64,000 nt of DNA from Anaeromyxobacter sp. GTDB lineage: Bacteria > Myxococcota > Myxococcia > Myxococcales > Anaeromyxobacteraceae. Positions 47,863 to 57,932 of the stretch are shown here, in pieces. The translations under genes and the position numbers were made by a program. The stretch is taken from assembly GCA_049840735.1 (NCBI GenBank), contig JASGJN010000017.1:352001-416000 (forward strand), read 5' to 3'. The stretch's first letter is position 1. Each line of letters begins with the position of its first letter. Under the pieces are notes generated by a model, which had not been told where the DNA came from, did not search any database, and saw only the letters and a program-made list of their open reading frames with translations.

Positions 47863-48246
47863 ATGAGCCCCATCGATCCCACCAGTCCCCTGCTGGCGCA
47901 GATCCGCGCCCAGGCCGTCGCCTGGGCGCGGCAGGCCCAGGGCAAGGAGCGGCCCGGACAGCAGGCCGGGGCCAGGCGCGGGACGCCCCGGGCACCGGGA
48001 GACTGGCTGGGGCACGTCGCCACCTCGGTGGCGGCGATCGACCGCGAGGACCCGAACCGCCAGCGCAAGGCCTTCCGCTGCTACCTGCAGGCGCTGCTGG
48101 CCCGCGAGTGCGGCATCGAGGACGACGGGGCGCCCGACTTCCAGCAGCTGGTGGACCGGGTGCTGGAGACCATGGAAGGGGAGCCGCAGCTCCAGGCTGC
48201 CATCCAGAAGGCCGGCGAGGCGCTGCTGAGGACGGCGAGCCCCTGA
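47863..48246 (+). CDS. Small helical hypothetical protein
   Basis: 127-aa ORF, host-like codon usage, 12 bp after the TPR gene. Confidence 0.7.
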   Translation: MSPIDPTSPLLAQIRAQAVAWARQAQGKERPGQQAGARRGTPRAPGDWLGHVATSVAAIDREDPNRQRKAFRCYLQALLARECGIEDDGAPDFQQLVDRVLETMEGEPQLQAAIQKAGEALLRTASP

Positions 48247-48266
48247 GCTCGCCCCCCGGGGCCTCC

Positions 48267-48950
48267 TCAGGGCATCCCGCCCATCCCGCCACCGCCCATG
48301 CCGCCGTGGTGGTCGTCGCAGCCCATCATCCCGCCGTCGGTGCAGGGCATCGGCCAGTCATCCGGGTGGTCCTCGCAGGTCACGCCGCTGGGCGTCGTTC
48401 CGGGCGTCCACGGCTGGCCGTTGATGGTGAAGGTGCCGTCGCCGTCGTCCACGCAGGTGAAGGTCTCGCCGGAGGCGCCGCCCATCATCCCGAGGTGCTC
48501 GCCGCACTGCTCGTAGCGGACCCGCTGGTGGTCCATGAAGGCGGACATGATGCAGTGGTGCCCGGCGGCCTCCGCCTCCTGACCGGCCGGATCCGCGGCG
48601 GTGCACGCGTGCGTGTGGTGGTAGGCCATCTGCGCCTGCATCGCTGCCACCATGCACTCCAGGTCGGCCGGCGTGGCGGCGGGCATGTGCGCGTCCATCC
48701 AGCCGCTCATGCCTTCCATCCGCGTGAGCATGCCGTCCATGGCGCTCTCATGCCGCTGCTCCGCGTCCTCGCAGGTGGCGGTGTCCGGCAGCGACGCAGT
48801 CTCGCCGGCGTAGGTGGTCAGCTCCCCGCTCACTTGCTGCCCGAGGGCCTGGTACGCGGCCATGCGCTGCTCCGCCGTGGCGCCCGAGCCACCCCCGGAC
48901 CCGCACCCTGCCGCCACCAGCACCGCCACGAACCACGCATGCCTGGTCAT
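48267..48950 (-). CDS. Met/His/Cys-rich lipoprotein
   Basis: Lipobox VAAG-C, AGGAGG RBS, many M/H/C residues. Confidence 0.75.
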   Translation of the reverse strand: MTRHAWFVAVLVAAGCGSGGGSGATAEQRMAAYQALGQQVSGELTTYAGETASLPDTATCEDAEQRHESAMDGMLTRMEGMSGWMDAHMPAATPADLECMVAAMQAQMAYHHTHACTAADPAGQEAEAAGHHCIMSAFMDHQRVRYEQCGEHLGMMGGASGETFTCVDDGDGTFTINGQPWTPGTTPSGVTCEDHPDDWPMPCTDGGMMGCDDHHGGMGGGGMGGMP

Positions 48951-49031
48951 GACCCGCTCCTCCTGGCGCGCCGGGCGCGCGACTGCCTCGCGACGGCAAG
49001 TCCTGCGCGCTGCGGCGCCGATCCGCGGCGC

Positions 49032-49047
49032 AGCACTTGGCGTGCCA
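49032..49047 (-). promoter_or_regulatory. Sigma54-type promoter of the lipoprotein gene
   Basis: TGGCACG-CCAA-GTGCT with correct GG/GC spacing. Confidence 0.55.
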
Positions 49048-49370
49048 GACGCTGCGGAGCGCCACACTCGGACCGCAGTTCGGCTCCACGGGGGCGGGAG
49101 CGCACACCCCTCGGTCGCGCCTTGCAGCGCCGTCCCGTTCCTCCAGTCCGCCAGAATTGCGCGAAGGCGCCCCGGCGGCCAGCCCTCCCCCTGGCCGCGC
49201 ATGATCCCGGGCCTGGAGGGCGAGGAGCGTGTGTTGGACGGCTCGAACCGGAAGTCCTAGCCGTCCGGCATCACGTTCGTCAGGCCCATGCAAGCGAAGA
49301 GCCCTCGCCGCCGCGTGGCGCGCCGGCACTGCGCGCTTGCGAAACGAGCCCGGACCAGCATGATGATTCG

Positions 49371-49844
49371 ATGCCCGCCACAGCCACGGTGACGCTCTTC
49401 CCGGTGGCCGCCTTGCCGGCGCTCCGCGAAGCCGCGGAGCAGCGCCAGCCGGGCGCGGCGCAGGGCACCTTGCGACGGACGGTCGCCCAGCACGGACGCC
49501 CGGTCGCGGCATATGGCTGGGCTGGTTATGTGCTCGCCACCCTCCTCGCCTGCCTGGAGGAGCTGCGCGCCATCACGCTCGACTCGGACCTGGACGACCT
49601 GGCGCTCGGGCTGGCCGAGAAGCAGAACGCCTCGTTCATCTTCCTCACCCCCGAGCACCGCAGGTGGCTGCCCGAGCTGGAGCCGGCGCGCTTCACCGAG
49701 CAGGAGCTGTGCGCGTACTTCAATGACTTCAACGAGTGCGAGGAGCCGGACTCCGGCCGCCCCATGCTCGAGGGCGTCGGCTTCCTCCAGCGCGCCATCG
49801 CGGCGGTCGAGCCGGACACGGTGGGGCTGCTGGTCATCGGCTGA
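49371..49844 (+). CDS. Hypothetical protein
   Basis: Protein-like 3' end of a long ORF (MPATATVTLFP...LLVIG). Confidence 0.6.
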   Translation: MPATATVTLFPVAALPALREAAEQRQPGAAQGTLRRTVAQHGRPVAAYGWAGYVLATLLACLEELRAITLDSDLDDLALGLAEKQNASFIFLTPEHRRWLPELEPARFTEQELCAYFNDFNECEEPDSGRPMLEGVGFLQRAIAAVEPDTVGLLVIG

Positions 49845-49862
49845 GCGGGCCGTCCCCGGTCG

Positions 49863-49906
49863 GCCTTCGACTCCGCCCCGCCTGCGGCGGGGCTACGCTC
49901 AGGATG
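49863..49906. repeat. REP-like palindrome between convergent genes
   Basis: CCTTCGACTCC-GCCCCGCC-hairpin-CTACGCTCAGG; same family as 55427-55454. Confidence 0.65.
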
Positions 49907-49934
49907 ACCGGGAACTCCACTCACCCCGCCCTCC

Positions 49935-50807
49935 TCACCGCAGGAGCTGCTGCAGCGCCTTGCGCACCGTGCGGGCGACCGTGGCGGGCACCGGCGCCTC
50001 GCCGGCCGTGCGGCAGAGCTTGAGCGTGGAGCGCAGGCTGTCGCAGCGGCGCTGGCAGGCCTGGCAGCCTTTGAGGTGCTCCTCCAGCTCGGCGCACAGG
50101 CTGGGCGCGATCTCTCCCTCCAGCCGGCGGGAGAACGCCTCCACCACGTCGCGGCAGCCCGCATCCGTTCGCGGTTCGACAGGCTCACCGCGAACGGTGT
50201 CGACGGGACCAGCCCGGGCGGGGACCAGCTCGGGCAGCCCGGCCTCGAGCACCGGGGCCATCCGCTCCCGGACCGCCACCCGGGCGCGGTGCAGGCGGCT
50301 CTTCACCGCCTCCACGGTGAGGCCCAGGATCTCCGCCACCTCGGGCGCGGTCAGCCCCTCCACGTCCCGGAGCACCAGCACCTCCCGGTACATCGGCTCG
50401 AGCGAGCCGATGGCATCGTCCAGCGCCGTCTCCAGGCGGCGGCCCTCGAGGTGCTCGTCTGGGCCGCGGGCGGGATCGGCGAGCTCGAGCGCTGCGCGGG
50501 CCGGCTCGCCCTGATCCAGCGACTCCACCACCTCCGGCGCGAACCTGGACCGGCGCCGGTGCTTGATGCAGAAGCTGCGGGCGATGGTGAAGAGCCAGGT
50601 GGAAATCGACGAGGCGCCGCGGAACTCGGGGAGGCTGCGGGCCGCGGCCAGCAGCGTCTCCTGGAGCACGTCCTTCGCGTCCTCCTCCGCGCGGCACATC
50701 TTCATGCCGAACCGGAACACCCGGGCCTGGTGGCGCACCAGCAGCCGCTCCAGCGCCTGGCGATCGCCGCCACGGGCAGCCTCCACGAGCTGGTCGTCGC
50801 TCTCCAT
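49935..50807 (-). CDS. ECF sigma-70 factor fused to a zf-HC2 anti-sigma domain
   Basis: DAKDVLQET, STWLFTIAR, VKSRLHRAR; C-terminal HLKGCQAC. Confidence 0.88.
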   Translation of the reverse strand: MESDDQLVEAARGGDRQALERLLVRHQARVFRFGMKMCRAEEDAKDVLQETLLAAARSLPEFRGASSISTWLFTIARSFCIKHRRRSRFAPEVVESLDQGEPARAALELADPARGPDEHLEGRRLETALDDAIGSLEPMYREVLVLRDVEGLTAPEVAEILGLTVEAVKSRLHRARVAVRERMAPVLEAGLPELVPARAGPVDTVRGEPVEPRTDAGCRDVVEAFSRRLEGEIAPSLCAELEEHLKGCQACQRRCDSLRSTLKLCRTAGEAPVPATVARTVRKALQQLLR

Positions 50808-50846
50808 GGCCAGCGTCATACCCGAGGGTCGGCCGGGGCTCAATCG

Positions 50847-51275
50847 CTACCGCTGGAACGCTGCCCTGAACACCTCCGGCATGTGCCCTACCTTGCCGGT
50901 CCGGTAGTCGAAGAAGACGATGCCGGTCTTGGCGCGCACCATCTCGGTCCCGCTGGCGCGATCGGTGATCCGGTAGTAGAGCTCGCAGCCGCGCGAGCGC
51001 AGCGCCGTCACCGCCACCTCCACCAGCAGCGACATGCCGTACTTCACCTCGCGGGCGTAGACCGCGGCGGTGTCCACGATGGCGATGCCGATCCCGCCCG
51101 CCACGTCCAGCTCGGACCAGCCCTGCGAGGCGAAGAGCTGGGCCCGGGCCTCGTGGGTGTAGCCCAGCAGCTTGTCATGCCCGACGTGGCCGCCGTAGTT
51201 CAGGTCCTGGATGCGGACCGGCAGCTCGGTGGTGAAGTCCCAGCGATCCGGCAGCTCCAGCTCCACCCGCGCCAT
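50847..51275 (-). CDS. Hotdog-fold (4HBT-like) thioesterase
   Basis: VRIQDLNYGGHVGH...HEAR. Confidence 0.85.
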   Translation of the reverse strand: MARVELELPDRWDFTTELPVRIQDLNYGGHVGHDKLLGYTHEARAQLFASQGWSELDVAGGIGIAIVDTAAVYAREVKYGMSLLVEVAVTALRSRGCELYYRITDRASGTEMVRAKTGIVFFDYRTGKVGHMPEVFRAAFQR

Positions 51276-51369
51276 GCGTGCCTCCGCTCAGTCCCGTTCG
51301 CGGTTCGACAGGCTCACCGCGAACGGTCTTCTTCGCCGCGAACGGTCCCGCCTCGGAGCGCCGCGGCCT

Positions 51370-53518
<2,149 letters not shown>

Positions 53519-53775
53519 CCGTCCTCCAGCCACCCCGCGGGCAAGCGTAATGGAGACTCCCTTCGGGACGGAGGAATTTCGCCTGCCTCCGGCGTCGCGC
53601 CTTCATGGTGCTCGCCCGGTATCCGGGCAACACCCTGCACGCGTGCACGGCCCGACCCGCCCCGCGCCTACCCCCGCAAGGCCACCCCGCGTGCCCGCGG
53701 CGGGGCTGCGCGAGCACGCGCACCCTGGTATCTCTTCGGTCCACGGGCAGGCACCTGGCAGCGGCGGAGGCCTCG

Positions 53776-55392
53776 ATGCAGCAGCTCGACTACCTGATCA
53801 TCGGCTCCGGCTTCGGCGGCAGCGTCAGCGCGCTCCGGCTGGTGGAGAAGGGCTACCGGGTCGCGATGCTGGAGAAGGGCCGGCGCTGGGCGCCGGAGGA
53901 CTTCCCCCGTTCCAACTGGAACCTGCGGCGCTGGCTCTGGATGCCGGCGCTCGGGTTCCACGGCATCTTCAAGATGACCTTCCTCCGCCACCTCACCGCG
54001 CTCTCCGGCGTGGGCGTGGGCGGCGGCTCGCTCGTCTACGCCAACACCCTCCCCACGCCCAAGGACGCCTTCTTCCAGGCGCCCACCTGGCGCGAGCTGG
54101 CCGACTGGAAGCGCGAGCTCGCGCCGCACTACGAGACCGCGCTGCGCATGCTGGGCGCGACCCAGAACCCGCACCTCGGCCCGGCGGACGAGGTGATCCG
54201 CGCCATCGGGCGGGACCTGGGACGCGAGGACGGCTTCCAGCCGGTCCGGGTGGCGGTCTACTTCGGCCAGCCGGGCGTGACCGCGAAGGACCCGTACTTC
54301 GGCGGCGAGGGGCCGGACCGGATCGGCTGCACGCTCTGTGGTGGGTGCATGGTGGGCTGCCGCCCGGGCGGCAAGAACACGCTCGACAAGAACTACCTCT
54401 GGCTGGCCGAGCGGCGCGGCCTGCGCATCGAGGCCGACACCGAGGTGACCTGGGTGCGGCCGCTCCCCGGCGGCGGCTACGAGCTCGAGGCCAGGCAGGG
54501 GCGCTCGCGCCTCTTGCGCAAGAGGGTCCGCTTCACCGCGCGCCAGGTGATCTTCTCCGGCGGCGTGCTCGGCACCGTGCCGCTGCTGCTCAAGGTGCGC
54601 GCCAGCCCCAACGGCCTGCCGCTCCTCTCGCGGCGCCTGGGCGAGCGGGTCCGGACCAACTCGGAGGCGCTCATCGGCGTCACCACCCTGCGCAAGGACC
54701 TCGACCTGTCGAAGGGGCTGGCCATCACCAGCATCCTCCACACCGACGAGCACTCCCACCTCGAGCCGGTGCGCTACCCGGCCGGCTCGGGCTTCTTCCG
54801 GCCGCTGATCGCGCCGCTGGTGGCGGGCGAGAGCGCGCCCATCCGCGTGCTCCGGACCTTCATCACGTTCCTGCGCCACCCCTTCCGGCAGCTGCGCATC
54901 CGGCTGGTGCCGGACTTCGCCCGCGCCACCACCATCCTGCTCTACATGCGCACGCTGGAGGGGACGCTGCGGCTTCGCCGCGCCGCCGGCGGCCGCCTCA
55001 CCACCTCGCTGGCGGGTGGGCCGGCGCCCTCCGCGTCGATGCCCGAGGCCTTCGACCTGGCGCGGCGGGTGGAGGAGAAGATCGACGGCGTGGCCGGCAC
55101 GCTGGCCACCGAGACGCTGCTGGGGACGCCGACCACCGCGCACATCCTGGGCGGCGCCTGCATGGGCAGGAGCGCCGAGGATGGGGTCATCGACCACCGC
55201 CATCGGGTCTTCGGCTACGAGGGGCTCTACGTGGTGGACGGCTCGGCGGTCTCCGCCAACCCGGGCGTCAATCCCTCGCTCACCATCACCGCGCTGGCCG
55301 AGCGGGCCATGAGCTTCATCCCGCCCGCCACCGAGGCGGCCGCGAAGGCGCCCGCCAGCCACGCCGTGCTGCAGGCGGTGCCGGCCAGCTGA
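53776..55392 (+). CDS. GMC oxidoreductase, cholesterol oxidase-like
   Basis: IIGSGFGGSV, GVGGGSLVYAN, TAHILGG, GVNPSLTI. Confidence 0.88.
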   Translation: MQQLDYLIIGSGFGGSVSALRLVEKGYRVAMLEKGRRWAPEDFPRSNWNLRRWLWMPALGFHGIFKMTFLRHLTALSGVGVGGGSLVYANTLPTPKDAFFQAPTWRELADWKRELAPHYETALRMLGATQNPHLGPADEVIRAIGRDLGREDGFQPVRVAVYFGQPGVTAKDPYFGGEGPDRIGCTLCGGCMVGCRPGGKNTLDKNYLWLAERRGLRIEADTEVTWVRPLPGGGYELEARQGRSRLLRKRVRFTARQVIFSGGVLGTVPLLLKVRASPNGLPLLSRRLGERVRTNSEALIGVTTLRKDLDLSKGLAITSILHTDEHSHLEPVRYPAGSGFFRPLIAPLVAGESAPIRVLRTFITFLRHPFRQLRIRLVPDFARATTILLYMRTLEGTLRLRRAAGGRLTTSLAGGPAPSASMPEAFDLARRVEEKIDGVAGTLATETLLGTPTTAHILGGACMGRSAEDGVIDHRHRVFGYEGLYVVDGSAVSANPGVNPSLTITALAERAMSFIPPATEAAAKAPASHAVLQAVPAS

Positions 55393-55426
55393 GCGGGGGG
55401 CCCTGCCCTTCGACTCCGCCGCGGCT

Positions 55427-55673
55427 TCGCCGCGGCTACGCTCAGGGCGAACGGAGGCTGAGCGTAGCCACAGCGTAGCCACGGGCGAACGGAGCCTTCA
55501 TCCGTTCGGGCTGAGCGTGGCCACGGGCAAACGGAGCCTTCATCCGCCCGGCTGAGCGTAGCCACGGGCGAGCGGAGCCTTCATCCGTCCGGGCTGAGCC
55601 TAGCCACGGGCAAGCGGAGCCTTCATCCGTTCGGGCTGAGCGTAGCGAGCCCGCAGGGCTCGCGGAGTCGAAG
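55427..55673. repeat. BIME-like array: inverted REP pair enclosing four 41-42 bp tandem hairpin units
   Basis: Unit AGCGTAGCCACGGGCGAACGGAGCCTTCATCCGTTCGGGCTG at 55472, 55514, 55555 and 55597. Confidence 0.85.
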
Positions 55674-55832
55674 CCCAGGCCCTGCTCCCCGCAGGCCAAC
55701 CCTGCGAGCGGACGGGCCTTCCTCGCCCTTGCCGGCGGGCCGGCGCGGCCACCGGCAGGTGCTCCGGTGGGTCTGGCGAGCCGCGTCGTCCATTTTCCAG
55801 GTGACAGGTCCGCTCGAAGTGAGCACGATGCG

Positions 55833-55937
55833 CGCTGTAATCGTTTACAGCGATGCGGGCCAGGTGATTTCAACCTGACCGGGACGCAGCTGGCAGGTTG
55901 GGCCCGAGAACGCGGGCCATCCCTGTAATCGATTACT
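55833..55937. promoter_or_regulatory. Two LacI-family operators
   Basis: CGCTGTAATCGTTTACAGCG (55833-55852) and TGTAATCGATTACT (55924-55937) fit TGNAANCGNTTNCA. Confidence 0.75.
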
Positions 55938-55985
55938 GACGAATCGGGGACTGCACGCAGGACCAACCATCGAGGAGCAGCTGCG

Positions 55986-57053
55986 ATGATCCGAGAGCGC
56001 CTTCAGAAGTTCGGCGGCTTCCTGGCCGCCATGGTCATCCCGAACATCTCCGCCTTCCTGGCCTGGGGGCTCATCACCGCCCTCTTCATCCCGGTCGGCT
56101 GGTGGCCCAACGAGCGGTTCGCGGCCCTGGTCGGGCCGATGATCACCTACCTGCTCCCGCTGCTGATCGGCTACACCGGCGGCAAGCTCATCCACGACGT
56201 GCGCGGCGGCGTCATCGGCGCTGCAGCCACCATGGGCGTGGTGGTCGGCGCCGGCGTCCCGATGTTCATGGGCGCGATGATCATGGGCCCGCTCGGCGGC
56301 TGGCTGATGAAGAAGGTCGACGAGGCCCTCGAGGACCATATCCCGGTCGGCTTCGAGATGCTGGTGAACGTCTTCACCGGCGGCTTCCTGGCGGTGGGCC
56401 TGATCCTGATCGCCAACGTGCTCATCGGCCCAGCGGTGCAGGGCGTCACGAACGGCTTCGGCCACGCCGTGCGGGTGATGGTCGACAACCGCATGCTGCC
56501 GCTGGCCGACCTGGTGATCGAGCCGGCCAAGATCCTCTTCCTCAACAACGCCATCAACCACGGCATCCTGGCCCCGGCCGGCGTCGCCGAGGTGCAGCAG
56601 TCCGGCAAGGCCATCCACTTCCTGCTCGAGACCAACCCCGGCCCCGGCCTGGGCATGCTGCTGGCGTACTGGGTGGCGGGCAAGGGCCTGCTCAAGGAGA
56701 ACGCGCCCGGCGCCGCCATCGTCCACTTCCTGGGCGGCATCCACGAGATCTACTTCCCGTTCGTCCTGGCCCACCCGATCATGCTGCTCGCCATGTGGGC
56801 CGGCGGCATGTGCGCCGACCTCTGGTTCGTGATCACCAACGCCGGCCTGGTGGCCACCCCCGCCCCGGGCTCGATCTTCGCGTACCTGGCGGTCATCCCG
56901 AAGGGCTCGCACGTCGCGGTGCTGGGCGGCGTGCTGATCGGGACCATCGCCTCGTTCCTGGTGGGGTCCTTCATCCTGAAGGTCTTCCCGGTCCGCAAGC
57001 TCGCAGGTGAAGAAGAGGCTGCGGGCACCCCGTCCGCCACCGCCGCGGCCTAG
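55986..57053 (+). CDS. mtlA: PTS mannitol-family EIIC
   Basis: FGGFLAAMVIPNI, EPAKILFLNNAINHG, ETNPGPGLG, HFLGGIHEIYFP. Confidence 0.9.
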   Translation: MIRERLQKFGGFLAAMVIPNISAFLAWGLITALFIPVGWWPNERFAALVGPMITYLLPLLIGYTGGKLIHDVRGGVIGAAATMGVVVGAGVPMFMGAMIMGPLGGWLMKKVDEALEDHIPVGFEMLVNVFTGGFLAVGLILIANVLIGPAVQGVTNGFGHAVRVMVDNRMLPLADLVIEPAKILFLNNAINHGILAPAGVAEVQQSGKAIHFLLETNPGPGLGMLLAYWVAGKGLLKENAPGAAIVHFLGGIHEIYFPFVLAHPIMLLAMWAGGMCADLWFVITNAGLVATPAPGSIFAYLAVIPKGSHVAVLGGVLIGTIASFLVGSFILKVFPVRKLAGEEEAAGTPSATAAA

Positions 57054-57080
57054 CGCGCGGTCCAGTCCCCGGAGGACGCC

Positions 57081-57404
57081 ATGGCCACATCCATCCCAGC
57101 GAAGCAGGTGGACACCGTCATCGTCGCGTGCGAGGCCGGCATGGGCTCGAGCGTGATGTGCGTCAGCGCGATGAAGAAGAAGCTCAAGGCCGCCGGCCTG
57201 GACGTGAAGGTGGTCCACTCGCCGGTGCGGGCCCTGACGGCCAGCGCCAAGCTGGTGCTGGTCCACCGCGGGCTCCTCGCCACGGCGCGCAAGACGGCGC
57301 CGGGCGCGGTGGTGGTGGCCTTCGACCACTTCATGAACGACCCCGTCTTCGACACCGTCGTGAAGACGCTGGCGGCGGGCGGCGACGTGGTCGAGGTCGG
57401 GTGA
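57081..57404 (+). CDS. PTS EIIB
   Basis: VACEAGMGSS. Confidence 0.88.
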   Translation: MATSIPAKQVDTVIVACEAGMGSSVMCVSAMKKKLKAAGLDVKVVHSPVRALTASAKLVLVHRGLLATARKTAPGAVVVAFDHFMNDPVFDTVVKTLAAGGDVVEVG

Positions 57405-57409
57405 CGGCC

Positions 57410-57844
57410 ATGGCGATCCTCACCACTGAGCTGGTCCGGCTCTCCGCCCGGGCCGCCGACAAGGCCGAGGCCATCCGGCTGGCGGGCGAGCTGCTGGTGA
57501 AGGCCGGCTGCGTGGCGCCGGCCTACGTGGACGGGATGCTCGCCCGCGAGCAGACCATGTCCACCTTCCTGGGCTCCGGGGTGGCCATCCCCCACGGCCA
57601 GTTCGGCGACAAGGAGCTGGTCCACCGCACCGGCATCTCGGTGCTGCAGGTCCCCGGCGGCGTGGAGTGGGAGCCGGGGGAGCAGGTCTACCTGGTCATC
57701 GGCATCGCCGCCCAGCACGACGAGCACGTGGACGTGCTCCAGCGGCTGGCCGAGGTGGTCGAGGACGAGGCGCTGATCGGGAGCCTGCGGTCGGCGACCG
57801 ATCCCGCGGCGGTCGTGGCGTGCCTCGACCAGCCCGCGGCGTAG
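57410..57844 (+). CDS. PTS EIIA (mannitol/fructose family)
   Basis: RE..MSTFLGSGVAIPHG. Confidence 0.88.
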   Translation: MAILTTELVRLSARAADKAEAIRLAGELLVKAGCVAPAYVDGMLAREQTMSTFLGSGVAIPHGQFGDKELVHRTGISVLQVPGGVEWEPGEQVYLVIGIAAQHDEHVDVLQRLAEVVEDEALIGSLRSATDPAAVVACLDQPAA

Positions 57845-57932
57845 GGCGGACGGCACCGGCGGCCCCGGCCCGCGCGCGGCGCGGCGGGTCGGGGCGCGCG
57901 GGCCGAGGCGAAGCGGACATCGACGCACCGAG

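Noticed and set aside
48267..48950. c-type cytochrome
   Set aside because: No CxxCH motif despite the Cys/His richness.
55472..55638. CRISPR array
   Set aside because: Units are contiguous tandem copies without unique spacers; no cas genes.
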